DNA of 64,000 bases from a virus. Positions 16,001 through 25,643 of the stretch are shown here, piece after piece (within the stretch, counting starts at the first letter, position 1; every line of letters starts with the position of its first letter). The notes below the pieces were generated by a model. That model worked only from the letters and a program-made list of their open reading frames with translations. It was not told the origin of the DNA and did not search any database. The stretch is from positions 1 to 64,000 of IMG/VR virus record IMGVR_UViG_3300024308_000006; one strand, given 5' to 3'. The position numbers were made by a program, and so were the translations under genes.

Positions 16001-18551
16001 GGGCGCGCAACTGCTTTGCGCGCTCGTCGCGGGAGAGGTTCTGGTTGTTCTTGATGGCTAGCGCCTGCGGGTTCTGCTCGATAGGCGGCAACGCGGCGCT
16101 CTGCCCGATGATCTGGCCGTTGGCACGATTGAACACGGCATCGCCTCGGTTTGTGACCATGCCGGTGATGGGATCAACTTCGGTGCCCAGGCTGACAGTG
16201 CCGTACTGATCGGGCTTGTCCTTTCCGGTCAACACGCGCAACTGCTCGGCAATCGCCGCGCGATCCTCTGGAGCCGCCTTGTCGTACTGCTCGTATAGTT
16301 TTTCCAGGCGCTGCGCCGAGCGCGCCGCAAAGCCCTTGCTTTCCAGTTCGGCGGCGGTGCGCTGCTGATCCAGGGCGTTGCTCTGCGCGAAGCGCTGATT
16401 GGCGCCCGCTTCGGTGATGGCGACACGGCCATCCGCGCCTTCCTGCTGTATCCGCTCGCGGGCCAGGTCAGTAGCGTTGCGGTCGCTCGACTCCTGCAGT
16501 CCGGCCAGGGTGCGCAACTGGTTCGCGGTAAGCTGGCCGCCCGGAGAGCCACGGTATGGCGTGCTGGCGGCAGCGATTGCAGCTCGACCGGCTTCGCCGT
16601 CACGCGAACTGTCACGCACTACGGTCACGCCGCCAGGCCGGAAGCCCTGCGCTCCGGCTTCGCGCGTGCCCTGCATGATTTCCGCAGCGCGCAGGTTGCG
16701 CTCCATGCCTTCCTGGCCACCACTGGCCACGCTGAACGTGCCGCCGCGATTGGGCATATCCAGTTGCCCACTGGCGCCAGCGACAGCCTGTGCCTCGTTG
16801 GTGAAGCTGTACTGGCCGTTCTCGTCCTTCTTGCCGACGATGCCGCCAATGCCGGTCTGCTGATAGCCGTTACCCTGCGGAGCCTGGGCTTGGGCTGGGG
16901 CGGGCGCAGCCTCGCCCTGTACGACCTGCGGCGCCGCAGGCTTGGCCGCGACTGGCTCGCTGCTGCCCGGCTGCTGCACTGGTGCCGCCACGGCGGCGCC
17001 TGGCGCCTGCTCGCCCTGCATGTCTCGGTACAGCAGGTTGCCGGCCGCGCCCATAGTCAGGCTGTTGCCCAGGTCACTGGCGAAGCCCAGGCCGCGCAGC
17101 GCGGCGAACTTTAAAATGTCGCCCGCCGAACCATCGCCGGTCGGCTCATCCATGCCGAAGCGCTGGGCGTAGCGCGCTGTAGAATCGTCGGCAGCAGACT
17201 CGGCCAGCGCCGGAACAATGGCCAGGGCGCCAACGCCCTTGCCGGCCGCGCCGTTGACCGCCGCCCTGCCGCGACCAGGCGCCTTCTCCGGCGCGGCCGG
17301 CTGATTCTTGGCGGCCTCAAAGCGCGCATCTTGGGCGGCGCGGTCAGCCTCGAAGGCGGCCGTATCACGCGCGGCACGGGCCTTGACCTCGGCGCGAGCG
17401 CGATAGTCCGGCTCAGGGCGAGCGGACGCCTTCGGCGCTTCTGTATCTGGCGCGCCAGCGGTCGGCTGATTGACCGGCACCAGCGAAGTTCCGGTAACGG
17501 GGCCGGCGGGCACTACGGCGCGCGAGGAAGACGGCGAGAAGCCGCGCCCTGTTTCGCCACGGGAATTGGTGTGGAAGTCAGCCTGCGAAGCGCCGCCCGG
17601 CGCAGCGCCGGCCGGGCTTGGCTGGCGAGTCGTGGCTACTTCGGTGCCCGTGACCGGGCCGGCCGGCACCAAAGCGCGAGACTGCGACGGCAGCACACGG
17701 GTAGCGGTGCCCTGTCCATCGACATAGATAGGGGTCGGGCGCGGGGTGACTTTGCGCTGCGGAGTGTTGTTGCGGCCAAGTTCGTCTGGATCAATCCTAC
17801 TGTAGACGGGGCCGCCGTCGGCAAACGACTGCTCGCTTGGTGTGTACTGATCGGCGGCGGCTCCAAAGGCGGCACTGCCGGCGGTGGCAGCGGCAGTCTT
17901 TCCAGCTGAGGGCACGAAGCCGGCCGCCGTTTTAAGGGTGGGCGCTACTGCGCGCATTGCGCCGAACACGGGGATCGCTTGCGCAGCAGCCAGCCCCATT
18001 CCCGCGACATCCCCTTGACCTGCGGCGTCGTGCATCGCGCCAATGGCCGAGCCGAGGCTGGTTACGGGATTGAGCGCTCGACCGACGCGCTGCATGGTAG
18101 ACGGGCTTCCGGCCTCAAACTGAGCGTTGTCGCTCGACCAATACCCGCCTACGCTGTCGCTGAACTCCTGTACTGCGCCGCCATCAGCAAAGAACAGTTC
18201 CGGCTTGCCCTGCTCATTGCCGCGAGGCTGGAAGCCCTTGACTCCCTGCTGCTGCGCTGCCGGCACATGCGTAGCGTTCTTCATGGCATCCAGGGTCTGC
18301 ACGCCCACTGCATGCACCTGCTCCGGCGACATGAGCTGTTCGCCGTTGCTCAGGTTCACATCGACCGGGGCGCCCATGCCCTGCAGTTGTTCGGCGCCGA
18401 TCTGCGCGGTGGAGTCGGCCGGCATCACATAGCTGCCCTCGGCCACCGTGGCCTTCACGTCGTCGGAAGTGCCGGTGCCCGGCCCTTGGATAGTCCCGCT
18501 CTTGATCGAGCGGGGAGCCTTGGGCTTGGAGCCCGCCTTGAATCCGCGCAT
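15987..18551 (-). CDS. Virion (internal/ejection-type?) protein, 854 aa
   Basis: Long ORF with an AGGGG SD, Gly/Ala/Pro/Gln-rich low-complexity regions, and a position immediately upstream of the giant gene that it overlaps. Function is inferred from position only. Confidence 0.75.
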   Translation of the reverse strand: MRGFKAGSKPKAPRSIKSGTIQGPGTGTSDDVKATVAEGSYVMPADSTAQIGAEQLQGMGAPVDVNLSNGEQLMSPEQVHAVGVQTLDAMKNATHVPAAQQQGVKGFQPRGNEQGKPELFFADGGAVQEFSDSVGGYWSSDNAQFEAGSPSTMQRVGRALNPVTSLGSAIGAMHDAAGQGDVAGMGLAAAQAIPVFGAMRAVAPTLKTAAGFVPSAGKTAAATAGSAAFGAAADQYTPSEQSFADGGPVYSRIDPDELGRNNTPQRKVTPRPTPIYVDGQGTATRVLPSQSRALVPAGPVTGTEVATTRQPSPAGAAPGGASQADFHTNSRGETGRGFSPSSSRAVVPAGPVTGTSLVPVNQPTAGAPDTEAPKASARPEPDYRARAEVKARAARDTAAFEADRAAQDARFEAAKNQPAAPEKAPGRGRAAVNGAAGKGVGALAIVPALAESAADDSTARYAQRFGMDEPTGDGSAGDILKFAALRGLGFASDLGNSLTMGAAGNLLYRDMQGEQAPGAAVAAPVQQPGSSEPVAAKPAAPQVVQGEAAPAPAQAQAPQGNGYQQTGIGGIVGKKDENGQYSFTNEAQAVAGASGQLDMPNRGGTFSVASGGQEGMERNLRAAEIMQGTREAGAQGFRPGGVTVVRDSSRDGEAGRAAIAAASTPYRGSPGGQLTANQLRTLAGLQESSDRNATDLARERIQQEGADGRVAITEAGANQRFAQSNALDQQRTAAELESKGFAARSAQRLEKLYEQYDKAAPEDRAAIAEQLRVLTGKDKPDQYGTVSLGTEVDPITGMVTNRGDAVFNRANGQIIGQSAALPPIEQNPQALAIKNNQNLSRDERAKQLRALGYQ

Positions 18552-18616
18552 TGGGGTGCCCCTGAATGAGAAACGGCCTGATGCGGACGCATGTTCCGAA
18601 TCAGGCCGATCAGGGG

Positions 18617-18636
18617 CCAGCCCTACAGGGGTGGCG
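18617..18636 (-). promoter_or_regulatory. Conserved late-region motif copy (coding strand CGCCACCCCTGTAGGGCTGG)
   Basis: Lies 66 nt upstream of the 854-aa gene ATG. It matches the copy at 44683-44702 at 19 of 20 positions. Confidence 0.55.
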
Positions 18637-18659
18637 GGTCAGCGGTGACAGCTCGCACC

Positions 18660-18690
18660 TTTACCAGGCGATAAAAACTGGCACTATGCT
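18660..18690 (+). promoter_or_regulatory. Candidate sigma70 promoter for the reverse-oriented moron
   Basis: TTACCA (18661-18666), an 18-nt spacer, then TATGCT (18685-18690). An AAGGA SD lies before the ATG at 18725. Confidence 0.35.
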
Positions 18691-18724
18691 GCTCTAGGGA
18701 ACGACCACTACAAAGGAACCAGGT

Positions 18725-19315
18725 ATGAAGCCTCTCATCCTTGCCGCGCTGGCGGTGCTGCTGCCCTGCTCTGCCAGCGCCCAGGTGTTCAAGTGCGTAG
18801 AAGCCAACGGCAAGACGACCTATTCCGACAACGGCTGCGCCGCTGGTCACAAGACCTCGACGCTGGCGATCACCCCCACCAAGGTCAGCGCCAGCGAAGT
18901 CGTCCCGTATCAAATCCCGCCTGCCTACTACGCGCCGCCCGAACCACGCCAGCCGCAAGGTGGTACGCGCGTCACTATCGTCGGCGATAGCAGCAGCGAG
19001 GAAAGTGAGCGCAACAGACTCTGCCGTGAGGCCTCCACGCCGCACAAAGGCTCTCGCGGGCTTACCGCCGCCCAGCTCTCGGCTGCTGCAAGCATCTGCG
19101 CTGGCGTAGATGCCCCCGCGCCCAGCCACGCACCCGCCCAGCCCAGCAGCATACCGGCAGCGCCCGCCGCGCCCGCGCAGATAGTCAACTGCGACCCGGC
19201 CGGCTGCTGGGACACCAACGGCGGCCGCTACAACCGGGGGGCCGGCGCCACCCACTTTCCCGCAGCGGGCGGCCCGGCCTGCCAGTTGATAAACGGGCAA
19301 ATGATCTGCCCCTAG
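18725..19315 (+). CDS. Secreted Cys-containing protein, DUF4124-like N-terminus, 196 aa (moron, opposite to the virion genes)
   Basis: Sec signal peptide MKPLILAALAVLLPCSASA/QV, then FKCVEANGKTTYSDNGC, which I recognise as the DUF4124 pattern. This is the only + strand gene within the 43-kb minus-strand late region. Confidence 0.8.
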   Translation: MKPLILAALAVLLPCSASAQVFKCVEANGKTTYSDNGCAAGHKTSTLAITPTKVSASEVVPYQIPPAYYAPPEPRQPQGGTRVTIVGDSSSEESERNRLCREASTPHKGSRGLTAAQLSAAASICAGVDAPAPSHAPAQPSSIPAAPAAPAQIVNCDPAGCWDTNGGRYNRGAGATHFPAAGGPACQLINGQMICP

Positions 19316-19317
19316 CC

Positions 19318-21213
19318 TCAATAGCTGTAGTTGTAGCTGGTCGAGGTACTGGTGCTCTTGCTGTCCGAGCTGCTGGCACTGCCCGAGCCACTGATACTCG
19401 CCGACACATGCGCGGCCGACATGGCGCCAGCGGCGAGCTGGGCGGTGTACTGACCGACCGCCTTTGCCGACTCCAGGGCGATCTGCGCTTGCTGAATCGC
19501 GCTCTGCATCTTTGCGGTGTACTCAGACATCTGCATTTCCGAGTAGGCGATGTTGGTGCGCGATGTCATGTCGGCGAAGCGGGACTGCATCTCCGCATCC
19601 GACACGGCGACGCTTGCCTTCGCCCGCCAGGCCTCCACCTGCGCGCCAAACGCCGTCGTGACGAATTGCACCTGGCTGAGACTGGCTTCCAAGGTGGCCT
19701 TGAAGGCATCCACGTCGGCGAGGAACTTGGTCACTTTGGTGCGCGCTGCTTCCATCTTGATCTGCGCGCCCTTGACCTTGATGTCCGCCTTGTTCGCCAG
19801 CCCCTGGATGGTCGAAGCGTAAGCGCGGGCCTGGGCATCGAGCACGTCAGCCTTGGCCGACTCGCCCTGCACCTGGGCCTGGTAGGCGTCGAACTTCACT
19901 TTCTCGGCGCCGATCTGCTCGGCATACGCCTGCACATCCGCGCGGTAGGCATCAAACTGGTTCTTGATGGTGTCCGCGCGCACTGACGCGCCCTGCATCA
20001 TCGCCTTGTACACCTCGACGTTCGATTGCACTGCGTCGAGCTTGGCCTTGAACACGTCAACACGCTGCTGGTTGATCTGCCCCAGCGCTACCTGCCCATC
20101 AATCGCGGTCTTGTAGGCCGTGAGCTTGGCAATCGCTCCGTCCAGCTTGGTGCGGTACACCTGGGCCAGCGTCTCAAACGCCGCGTTCTGCGCATTGAAC
20201 AGGCTGACGCGCGCGTTGAAGACGTTGATCTGGCTTTCGGCCGAGAAACGCGCAACCTCGAACAGGCGCTGGGCCATGTTCTGGTGCATGTTCTCGGTCA
20301 ACTGCTCCAGGGCCATGCCCTGCTGCACAGCAAAGCGGATGTTCTCGATTTCCCAGGTCGCGGCCTGGACGAGAATGTCGCGGTTGAGCTCGGCCGCCTT
20401 TAGTCGGCCCTGCTCGCGGATCACGCCCACCTGCTTGCTCAGCATGCCGGGCGGCATCGAGAAGTTGCGCGACGCCCAGGTATCGACCGCCTCCTGTACC
20501 GCGCGCTCCGTCTCGCCGCTGTCACGCTCGCGGGCACGGGCAAAAAGCGCGTCCTCGATGGGCGCCGGCAAGCCAGTTCCGCCCGCCATCATCGACTTTA
20601 CTTTGGCCTGCAGGTCGTCCAGCACCTCGGATGCGTACTGCGGCTCAGTCCAGTTGATAAACACATTGGGCACGGTGATGCCGCTGGCATCGGGCGGGGT
20701 CGCGTCAAAGGTCGGCAGCTCGGGGAATACAAACTCCGGCAAACGAATCTGCTCCAGCGCCTCCATTTGCGGCATGGTGATCTGCGGCGCAGCAGGGATG
20801 TCGATGCTGGTATCAATGACCGGGCGCGCAGGTGCAGCGATGTCGCGCATGCCTGGCGCGGCAGGAATGTTGATCGGGATGAGTGCCGGCGCATCCGGCA
20901 GCGCATCCATGTCGCCCACATCCAGGCCGCTGAGCAAATCGTCGATGCTAAGGGCTGATGGCGCCGGTGGCAGCACCAGCGCCGGAGGACTGTAGGCGGG
21001 CATATCGCCCACCGTCACGCTCGGCGGGTTGGCCGCAGGCGGCACGATTCGCGCCGGCGCGGGCACATCTGCAACCTTGATGTTGCCAATCGTCGCTAAG
21101 GCCGCGCTGAGCTGCGCGCTATAGGTGCGCCCCAGCGCGTCAAGGTCGTTGATCTTGTCGGTGACGGTATCGACCGCCACCCCAAGGATGCTATCGGGTG
21201 CAATGCCCATCAC
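19318..21213 (-). CDS. Virion protein, 631 aa (Pro-rich N-terminal half, coiled-coil C-terminal half, Ser-rich tail)
   Basis: Long GC3-biased ORF whose start overlaps the stop of the upstream gene (ATGA). Confidence 0.75.
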   Translation of the reverse strand: MMGIAPDSILGVAVDTVTDKINDLDALGRTYSAQLSAALATIGNIKVADVPAPARIVPPAANPPSVTVGDMPAYSPPALVLPPAPSALSIDDLLSGLDVGDMDALPDAPALIPINIPAAPGMRDIAAPARPVIDTSIDIPAAPQITMPQMEALEQIRLPEFVFPELPTFDATPPDASGITVPNVFINWTEPQYASEVLDDLQAKVKSMMAGGTGLPAPIEDALFARARERDSGETERAVQEAVDTWASRNFSMPPGMLSKQVGVIREQGRLKAAELNRDILVQAATWEIENIRFAVQQGMALEQLTENMHQNMAQRLFEVARFSAESQINVFNARVSLFNAQNAAFETLAQVYRTKLDGAIAKLTAYKTAIDGQVALGQINQQRVDVFKAKLDAVQSNVEVYKAMMQGASVRADTIKNQFDAYRADVQAYAEQIGAEKVKFDAYQAQVQGESAKADVLDAQARAYASTIQGLANKADIKVKGAQIKMEAARTKVTKFLADVDAFKATLEASLSQVQFVTTAFGAQVEAWRAKASVAVSDAEMQSRFADMTSRTNIAYSEMQMSEYTAKMQSAIQQAQIALESAKAVGQYTAQLAAGAMSAAHVSASISGSGSASSSDSKSTSTSTSYNYSY

Positions 21214-22364
21214 ACTCTCCTATTGGTTGGCGCCGAATCGACGCGCAGGTCATTGATCACGCCGCTGCGCGCCTGCATCTGCAGCTCAAAAGCGAAATGG
21301 CGACCACGCAAGCCCTTGCCCAAGATGAAGCGGCCGTTGGTGAGCTCGCCGGCCGGCTCCACTGCCAGCGGGTAGGTATAGGTCTGAGCGGCGCCGCTCT
21401 GCGTGGTGGTCACGGCCAGACTGGCAGTGCCGTCCAGGGCGTACTCAATGAATGCCTGATGCGGATGCACTAGCGCACCCTTGCCGACATCCATCTTGCC
21501 GGTCTTGATGCGCACCTCCAGCGCCTCGTCGTGAGCATCCATGACGTACACGCCGTCACTGGCGACGCCGTAGAGCTTGCCGTCGATCACCGCCAGGCCG
21601 TCGAAGGCGTGTGGTGCGTAGCGACTCATGGCCCAGCTGTCGGCGCCTGCCGTCCACGCCTGGCCAATAATCACATCGCTGACGGGCTGGCCCTCGATCA
21701 TCGCGCCATCCGCCAGCAGATCGCGGGCCAGCAGCCGATCCAGCGCAGTCGCTGCCAGGCGCGCAGACTCGGCGATTACAGGCGCGGCCGCCTGGTGCGC
21801 GCCGGGCGCTTCGTCGCTCAGCGTGGCAGCACTCACCGTCAGCGAGCGCAGCCGCGCCCTGCCGCTCGCCTGGTCGCCAGCCTCGACCGACTCCTGCACC
21901 AGCTCGACCGCAAACCGCGCCGAGAAATCCAGCGCCTTCGCCTGCTCCGTCAGCAGGTCGGCGACGCGGCGATGCGGCAGCGCCTGGTCAGCGGCCGTTG
22001 CGCGCTCGGTGGTGAGCGCGCGAGCGCTATCCAGAGCCAGGCTCTGCGCCGTGGCGATTTCCGCGTGCAGCACGCGAAGCGCGCCGCGATGCCAGTCCAC
22101 AGCGCGCACCGATTCCTTGACGGCCTGCGTAGATCGTTTCGCGTCCAGCACCTGATCGCTGGCCGACGCCTGGTCTGCGGCCAAGATATTCGCGCGGCCG
22201 CTCGCCGCATCGCTCGCAGCAATACTCTCGCTGTGCAGCACCAGCAGGCCAAACATCAGCGCGCTGGCGGCCTTGGCGGCCTCGCCGACCAAGGCGATCA
22301 GGCCGCCCCAGGTGGCATTGCTGGCGACCGCCGTTTCCTGCGTGTCGTCTCGGTAGTTAGCCAT
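21210..22364 (-). CDS. Virion protein, 384 aa
   Basis: GC3-biased ORF, translationally coupled on both sides. Confidence 0.7.
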   Translation of the reverse strand: MANYRDDTQETAVASNATWGGLIALVGEAAKAASALMFGLLVLHSESIAASDAASGRANILAADQASASDQVLDAKRSTQAVKESVRAVDWHRGALRVLHAEIATAQSLALDSARALTTERATAADQALPHRRVADLLTEQAKALDFSARFAVELVQESVEAGDQASGRARLRSLTVSAATLSDEAPGAHQAAAPVIAESARLAATALDRLLARDLLADGAMIEGQPVSDVIIGQAWTAGADSWAMSRYAPHAFDGLAVIDGKLYGVASDGVYVMDAHDEALEVRIKTGKMDVGKGALVHPHQAFIEYALDGTASLAVTTTQSGAAQTYTYPLAVEPAGELTNGRFILGKGLRGRHFAFELQMQARSGVINDLRVDSAPTNRRV

Positions 22365-24960
22365 TGATCACCCCTATGTAATGCTGCGCGATCCGGTGGT
22401 TGGCCATCACCGAAAAGCCGTAGCGCGTGCGCTCGGCAGATTTACCGCCGCCGGTGTCCGACAGGCTGGCGTAACGCGCCACCCCGGCCGCGATCCTGAC
22501 CGCATCCTGATAGAAAACATTGCCAAAACTGTCCGGGGATATTGAGTAGTGGAAGTCGCTTACTTCTTTGTCCGACAGCTTTTTGTACTGGTCGAGAATG
22601 CTGGTGTAATTGCCAAATTCCTCTGACTCATCGCCTGGAAGTCTTTTGGAGTATTCATGGAAAGAAGGCCGCCTGGCGGTGTATCGCAGCGCACCACCCC
22701 AAATCTCGCCGTATTCCTCATGCCAGTCCGGGCCAGAGTTGAAGTAGGCCGTTTTATCAACTGGCGGCGTATCAAGCCACTCACCGTTATCCGCCCAGTC
22801 TGAGCAGTAGTTGGGCTCGTAATAATGCTTCATCACCATGAACGGGTTTGGCGGAGATGTGTCGTAGGGCATGTATGACCAGTCAAACCAGTCTTCTTGG
22901 GTGCCCCAAAAATCTCGGGTGTACCAGTCATAGCTCCATGCGTGGTATTTGTTCGGATCGGTCACAAATAGACGCTCGGCCACCTCGGTTTTTTCGTCCG
23001 TCTTGGACGTTTCGTAGTAGCCGCAGACCAATGCGCTGCGCTCCATGAATGGCGCGTAGCAATACATGCTGCGACTGGCCTGCCGGTGACGAACAACATT
23101 GGTTGTCCGCCCGTAATAACGACGACGCTCGAAGCGGAATACATAAGACCACACAGACAACAGCATGTAGAGGCTGCCATTGGTGTAGCCTAGATCGACG
23201 CCTTTTACGTTTGTCCTGGTGAACGATTCCGACACTTCTTTGCGCTCGTCGAAGTCAGTTGTGTATAAGTGGCCCTGCAGCTTCGGCGGCGATTGATATT
23301 GTGTCTTCTCCCACTTCCCGACGATCATGCAATCCTCAAAGTCCGACTCTTCGGTAACTTCAAGCTCTCGGTCGTCATAAAAGTATTTGACGACTTTCAG
23401 ATCATCACCCAGGTAGTACCCGTAAATAATCGTGTCGCACCTGGGGTATTTCTCGGGCGGGTCGATGTCATACAGCCCTTCGGTGGTATGCGAGATAAGC
23501 CCGCCTAGCACCGGCTCTGGAATTTTGAAGCTCGGCAGAACAGTTGGATAAATCCATCCCTGGCCGACCTTTGCGCAGTTGCCGATATGAGTGGCAATCG
23601 GCTCAATCTCAAGGCTGTCCCAGTAATCCACGTCCTCCGCGCCATCGCGGCCAAGCCTGGCAATGATCTTCCCCGGATCGACGCGGCGCAGCTTGTACTT
23701 AATAGCGCGCTCGCGGTCACGGTTCTTGGAAAGCTGGCTGAGCAGCCCGCCCATGTAGGCATTGATCCGTGCCTGATCGGCCATGCCCTCGAAGGTGCGG
23801 CCCGCCACCCAGCCGCGATTCTCGGCCCTACCGAAGCGCAGGCGCAGCTTGAAAGCCGCACAGAAGGGAATCGCATACTCGCCGCCGAAGCCGGTCGCGG
23901 TATTGAAGCCCTCCGTGCCGCTGCTATTGAACGCCCAGCCGCAGGCCAAGCTAAGCGCATCCAGCGCGTAGAAGTCCTTGGTTTCGCAGACCTTGATGAT
24001 GGCGCCGGCCCGGCGCCACGCCTCCATGCCGTCCTCGGTCGCAGGGAAGCCCTCTCCGGACGGAAGGCCGCCGAAACGATCAAGCGCCCACAGAATTTCG
24101 TTGTCGGCGACTTCCTCCATGTACTCGCGGAATGCCTGGGTCGCGGTCGCCGGAATGATCGGCAGCGGCATGGCATACACCCCGGCACGGCTTACCTGGG
24201 TCAGCCACGGAGCGCCAGCGGCATCGAAGGTAACGCCGTGCGTCTTGGTCGCCCGCATGTCGTAGACGAACTGACCGTCTTCAGGCGGTATGCCGAGATA
24301 GCCGGGCAGTCGCCGGTTCTCGATTTCCTGGGCGATCCGCTGCCGGTAACGCGCCGGGATCAGCAGACGCGCACGCTCGACACCTTCATCGGGAAGATCG
24401 TCGAAGTCCTGTCGCCCATAGCCGCCTGCGATCTGCACCACCTGGGCCATCGCCCCCGTCCACCATGTCGGGCGCAGCCTGGCGTACTGCGTCATGTACG
24501 GCTCCAGCTCGCCACCGAACAGCTTGAGGTGGTTGGGAATGCGGCAGTTGAAGCGCGCCAGGCTCAGCCGTGCGGCGGCTTCCTCGCCCTTCACATATTG
24601 GCCAAGCCGGCGCTGCGTGGTGTTCGTGACAGCCACATCGACAGGCTTCCCAGGCACGCCCATGCCGTTGTCAATGGCGCCACAGAACAGCATCGGCACA
24701 TAGTCTTCGGCAATGCCCTCATGCTCGGGCTCGTCTCGCTCCACCTTCGGGTAGATCAGCAGGCGCACCACGCCGCCGGCGTCCTGGGCAATTGCCGTGG
24801 CGCCGCTCGGCAGAGTGCGAGCCATCTTGAGCGCGTCCAGGCGAGACACGCCCTTGAGATTGGTCAGGCGACGCAGCAGCAGCTCAGCGGCAGCCGCATC
24901 ATCCTGATCCAGCTCGCCCTCGCCGTAGTAGAACCGGCCGTGAGGGCGGGGCTGGTGCAT
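22357..24960 (-). CDS. Large virion protein, 867 aa, with a low-GC aromatic-rich C-terminal half (candidate tail or receptor-binding protein)
   Basis: Continuous ORF. The part encoded by 22357 to about 23500 drops to roughly 42-53 % GC (hand counts) and is rich in W/Y/F. Confidence 0.75.
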   Translation of the reverse strand: MHQPRPHGRFYYGEGELDQDDAAAAELLLRRLTNLKGVSRLDALKMARTLPSGATAIAQDAGGVVRLLIYPKVERDEPEHEGIAEDYVPMLFCGAIDNGMGVPGKPVDVAVTNTTQRRLGQYVKGEEAAARLSLARFNCRIPNHLKLFGGELEPYMTQYARLRPTWWTGAMAQVVQIAGGYGRQDFDDLPDEGVERARLLIPARYRQRIAQEIENRRLPGYLGIPPEDGQFVYDMRATKTHGVTFDAAGAPWLTQVSRAGVYAMPLPIIPATATQAFREYMEEVADNEILWALDRFGGLPSGEGFPATEDGMEAWRRAGAIIKVCETKDFYALDALSLACGWAFNSSGTEGFNTATGFGGEYAIPFCAAFKLRLRFGRAENRGWVAGRTFEGMADQARINAYMGGLLSQLSKNRDRERAIKYKLRRVDPGKIIARLGRDGAEDVDYWDSLEIEPIATHIGNCAKVGQGWIYPTVLPSFKIPEPVLGGLISHTTEGLYDIDPPEKYPRCDTIIYGYYLGDDLKVVKYFYDDRELEVTEESDFEDCMIVGKWEKTQYQSPPKLQGHLYTTDFDERKEVSESFTRTNVKGVDLGYTNGSLYMLLSVWSYVFRFERRRYYGRTTNVVRHRQASRSMYCYAPFMERSALVCGYYETSKTDEKTEVAERLFVTDPNKYHAWSYDWYTRDFWGTQEDWFDWSYMPYDTSPPNPFMVMKHYYEPNYCSDWADNGEWLDTPPVDKTAYFNSGPDWHEEYGEIWGGALRYTARRPSFHEYSKRLPGDESEEFGNYTSILDQYKKLSDKEVSDFHYSISPDSFGNVFYQDAVRIAAGVARYASLSDTGGGKSAERTRYGFSVMANHRIAQHYIGVING

Positions 24961-24963
24961 GGC

Positions 24964-25575
24964 TTAGACCGTCAGGCTGATGCGATAGCCGATTTCGTAG
25001 GTGTCGCCATTCTGGAACACCCGCTCAGCGGCGTATTTGGTCGCGGAAATCAGCTTGCCAGTGGTGCCGCCGCGCGTGCTGTCGGTCAGCAGCGCCGCGC
25101 CGGTCACGTTGAGCGTGCCGCTGGTGGCGATAGTGACGCTGGCTACAGCGGCCATGTTGTCGATGCTGTTGGTGGAAGTGCTGTTCGGCGGCGTCCAGGC
25201 TGGGCGGGTCGGGCTGGTGTAGCCCTCGGTCAGGCTGACGATTTCCGAAGCCACAGCAGCAAAGCTGGCGGCCGTCCAGTTGGCGGCCGGTGCCGCTGCG
25301 CCGGAGAACAGCGCCAGGTAGTAGCCTGCAGGCTTGGCCGCGCCGCCGAGCGCCACACTGAGGATGTGCGACAAGCCCTCCAGCACGATCAGATTGTCAC
25401 CCTCCTTGCACCACTCGCCGCCGTTGACGCGGCCAAAGTATTCGCCACGAGCAAGGACTTGCTCGCCGAGGATTTTCGCAGTCAGCCACAGGCAGAAGGC
25501 ATGACAGACCGCGCGCACAGCCGGCACGCAGGCCAGAGCGACCAGGGCCGCAAGAGCAAGAATGAAGTAGGACAT
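24964..25575 (-). CDS. Virion or membrane-associated protein, 203 aa
   Basis: The ATG at 25575 is preceded by AAGGGG, and the N-terminus is hydrophobic (MSYFILALAALVALACVPAV). An alternative ATG lies at 25596. The 328-aa track ORF is over-extended into the upstream gene. Confidence 0.6.
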   Translation of the reverse strand: MSYFILALAALVALACVPAVRAVCHAFCLWLTAKILGEQVLARGEYFGRVNGGEWCKEGDNLIVLEGLSHILSVALGGAAKPAGYYLALFSGAAAPAANWTAASFAAVASEIVSLTEGYTSPTRPAWTPPNSTSTNSIDNMAAVASVTIATSGTLNVTGAALLTDSTRGGTTGKLISATKYAAERVFQNGDTYEIGYRISLTV

Positions 25576-25643
25576 GATTACCCCTTGGTAAGTCATGCCG
25601 CACTCTTGCGCAGCGGATAGTTGGCCCGGAAATTCGGGATGAC

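Noticed and set aside
22365-22380. A + strand CACCCCTATGTAATGC resembling the late motif.
   Set aside because: Only 9 nt match, the orientation is opposite to the other copies, and it lies inside the coding overlap of two genes. It is most likely chance.
23505-25620. Alternative ORFs 23505-24188 (minus) and 23587-25620 (plus, 677 aa) overlapping the 867-aa and 203-aa virion genes.
   Set aside because: They are out-of-frame or antisense shadows of a continuous, coupled virion ORF set, and they have no SD and no motifs.
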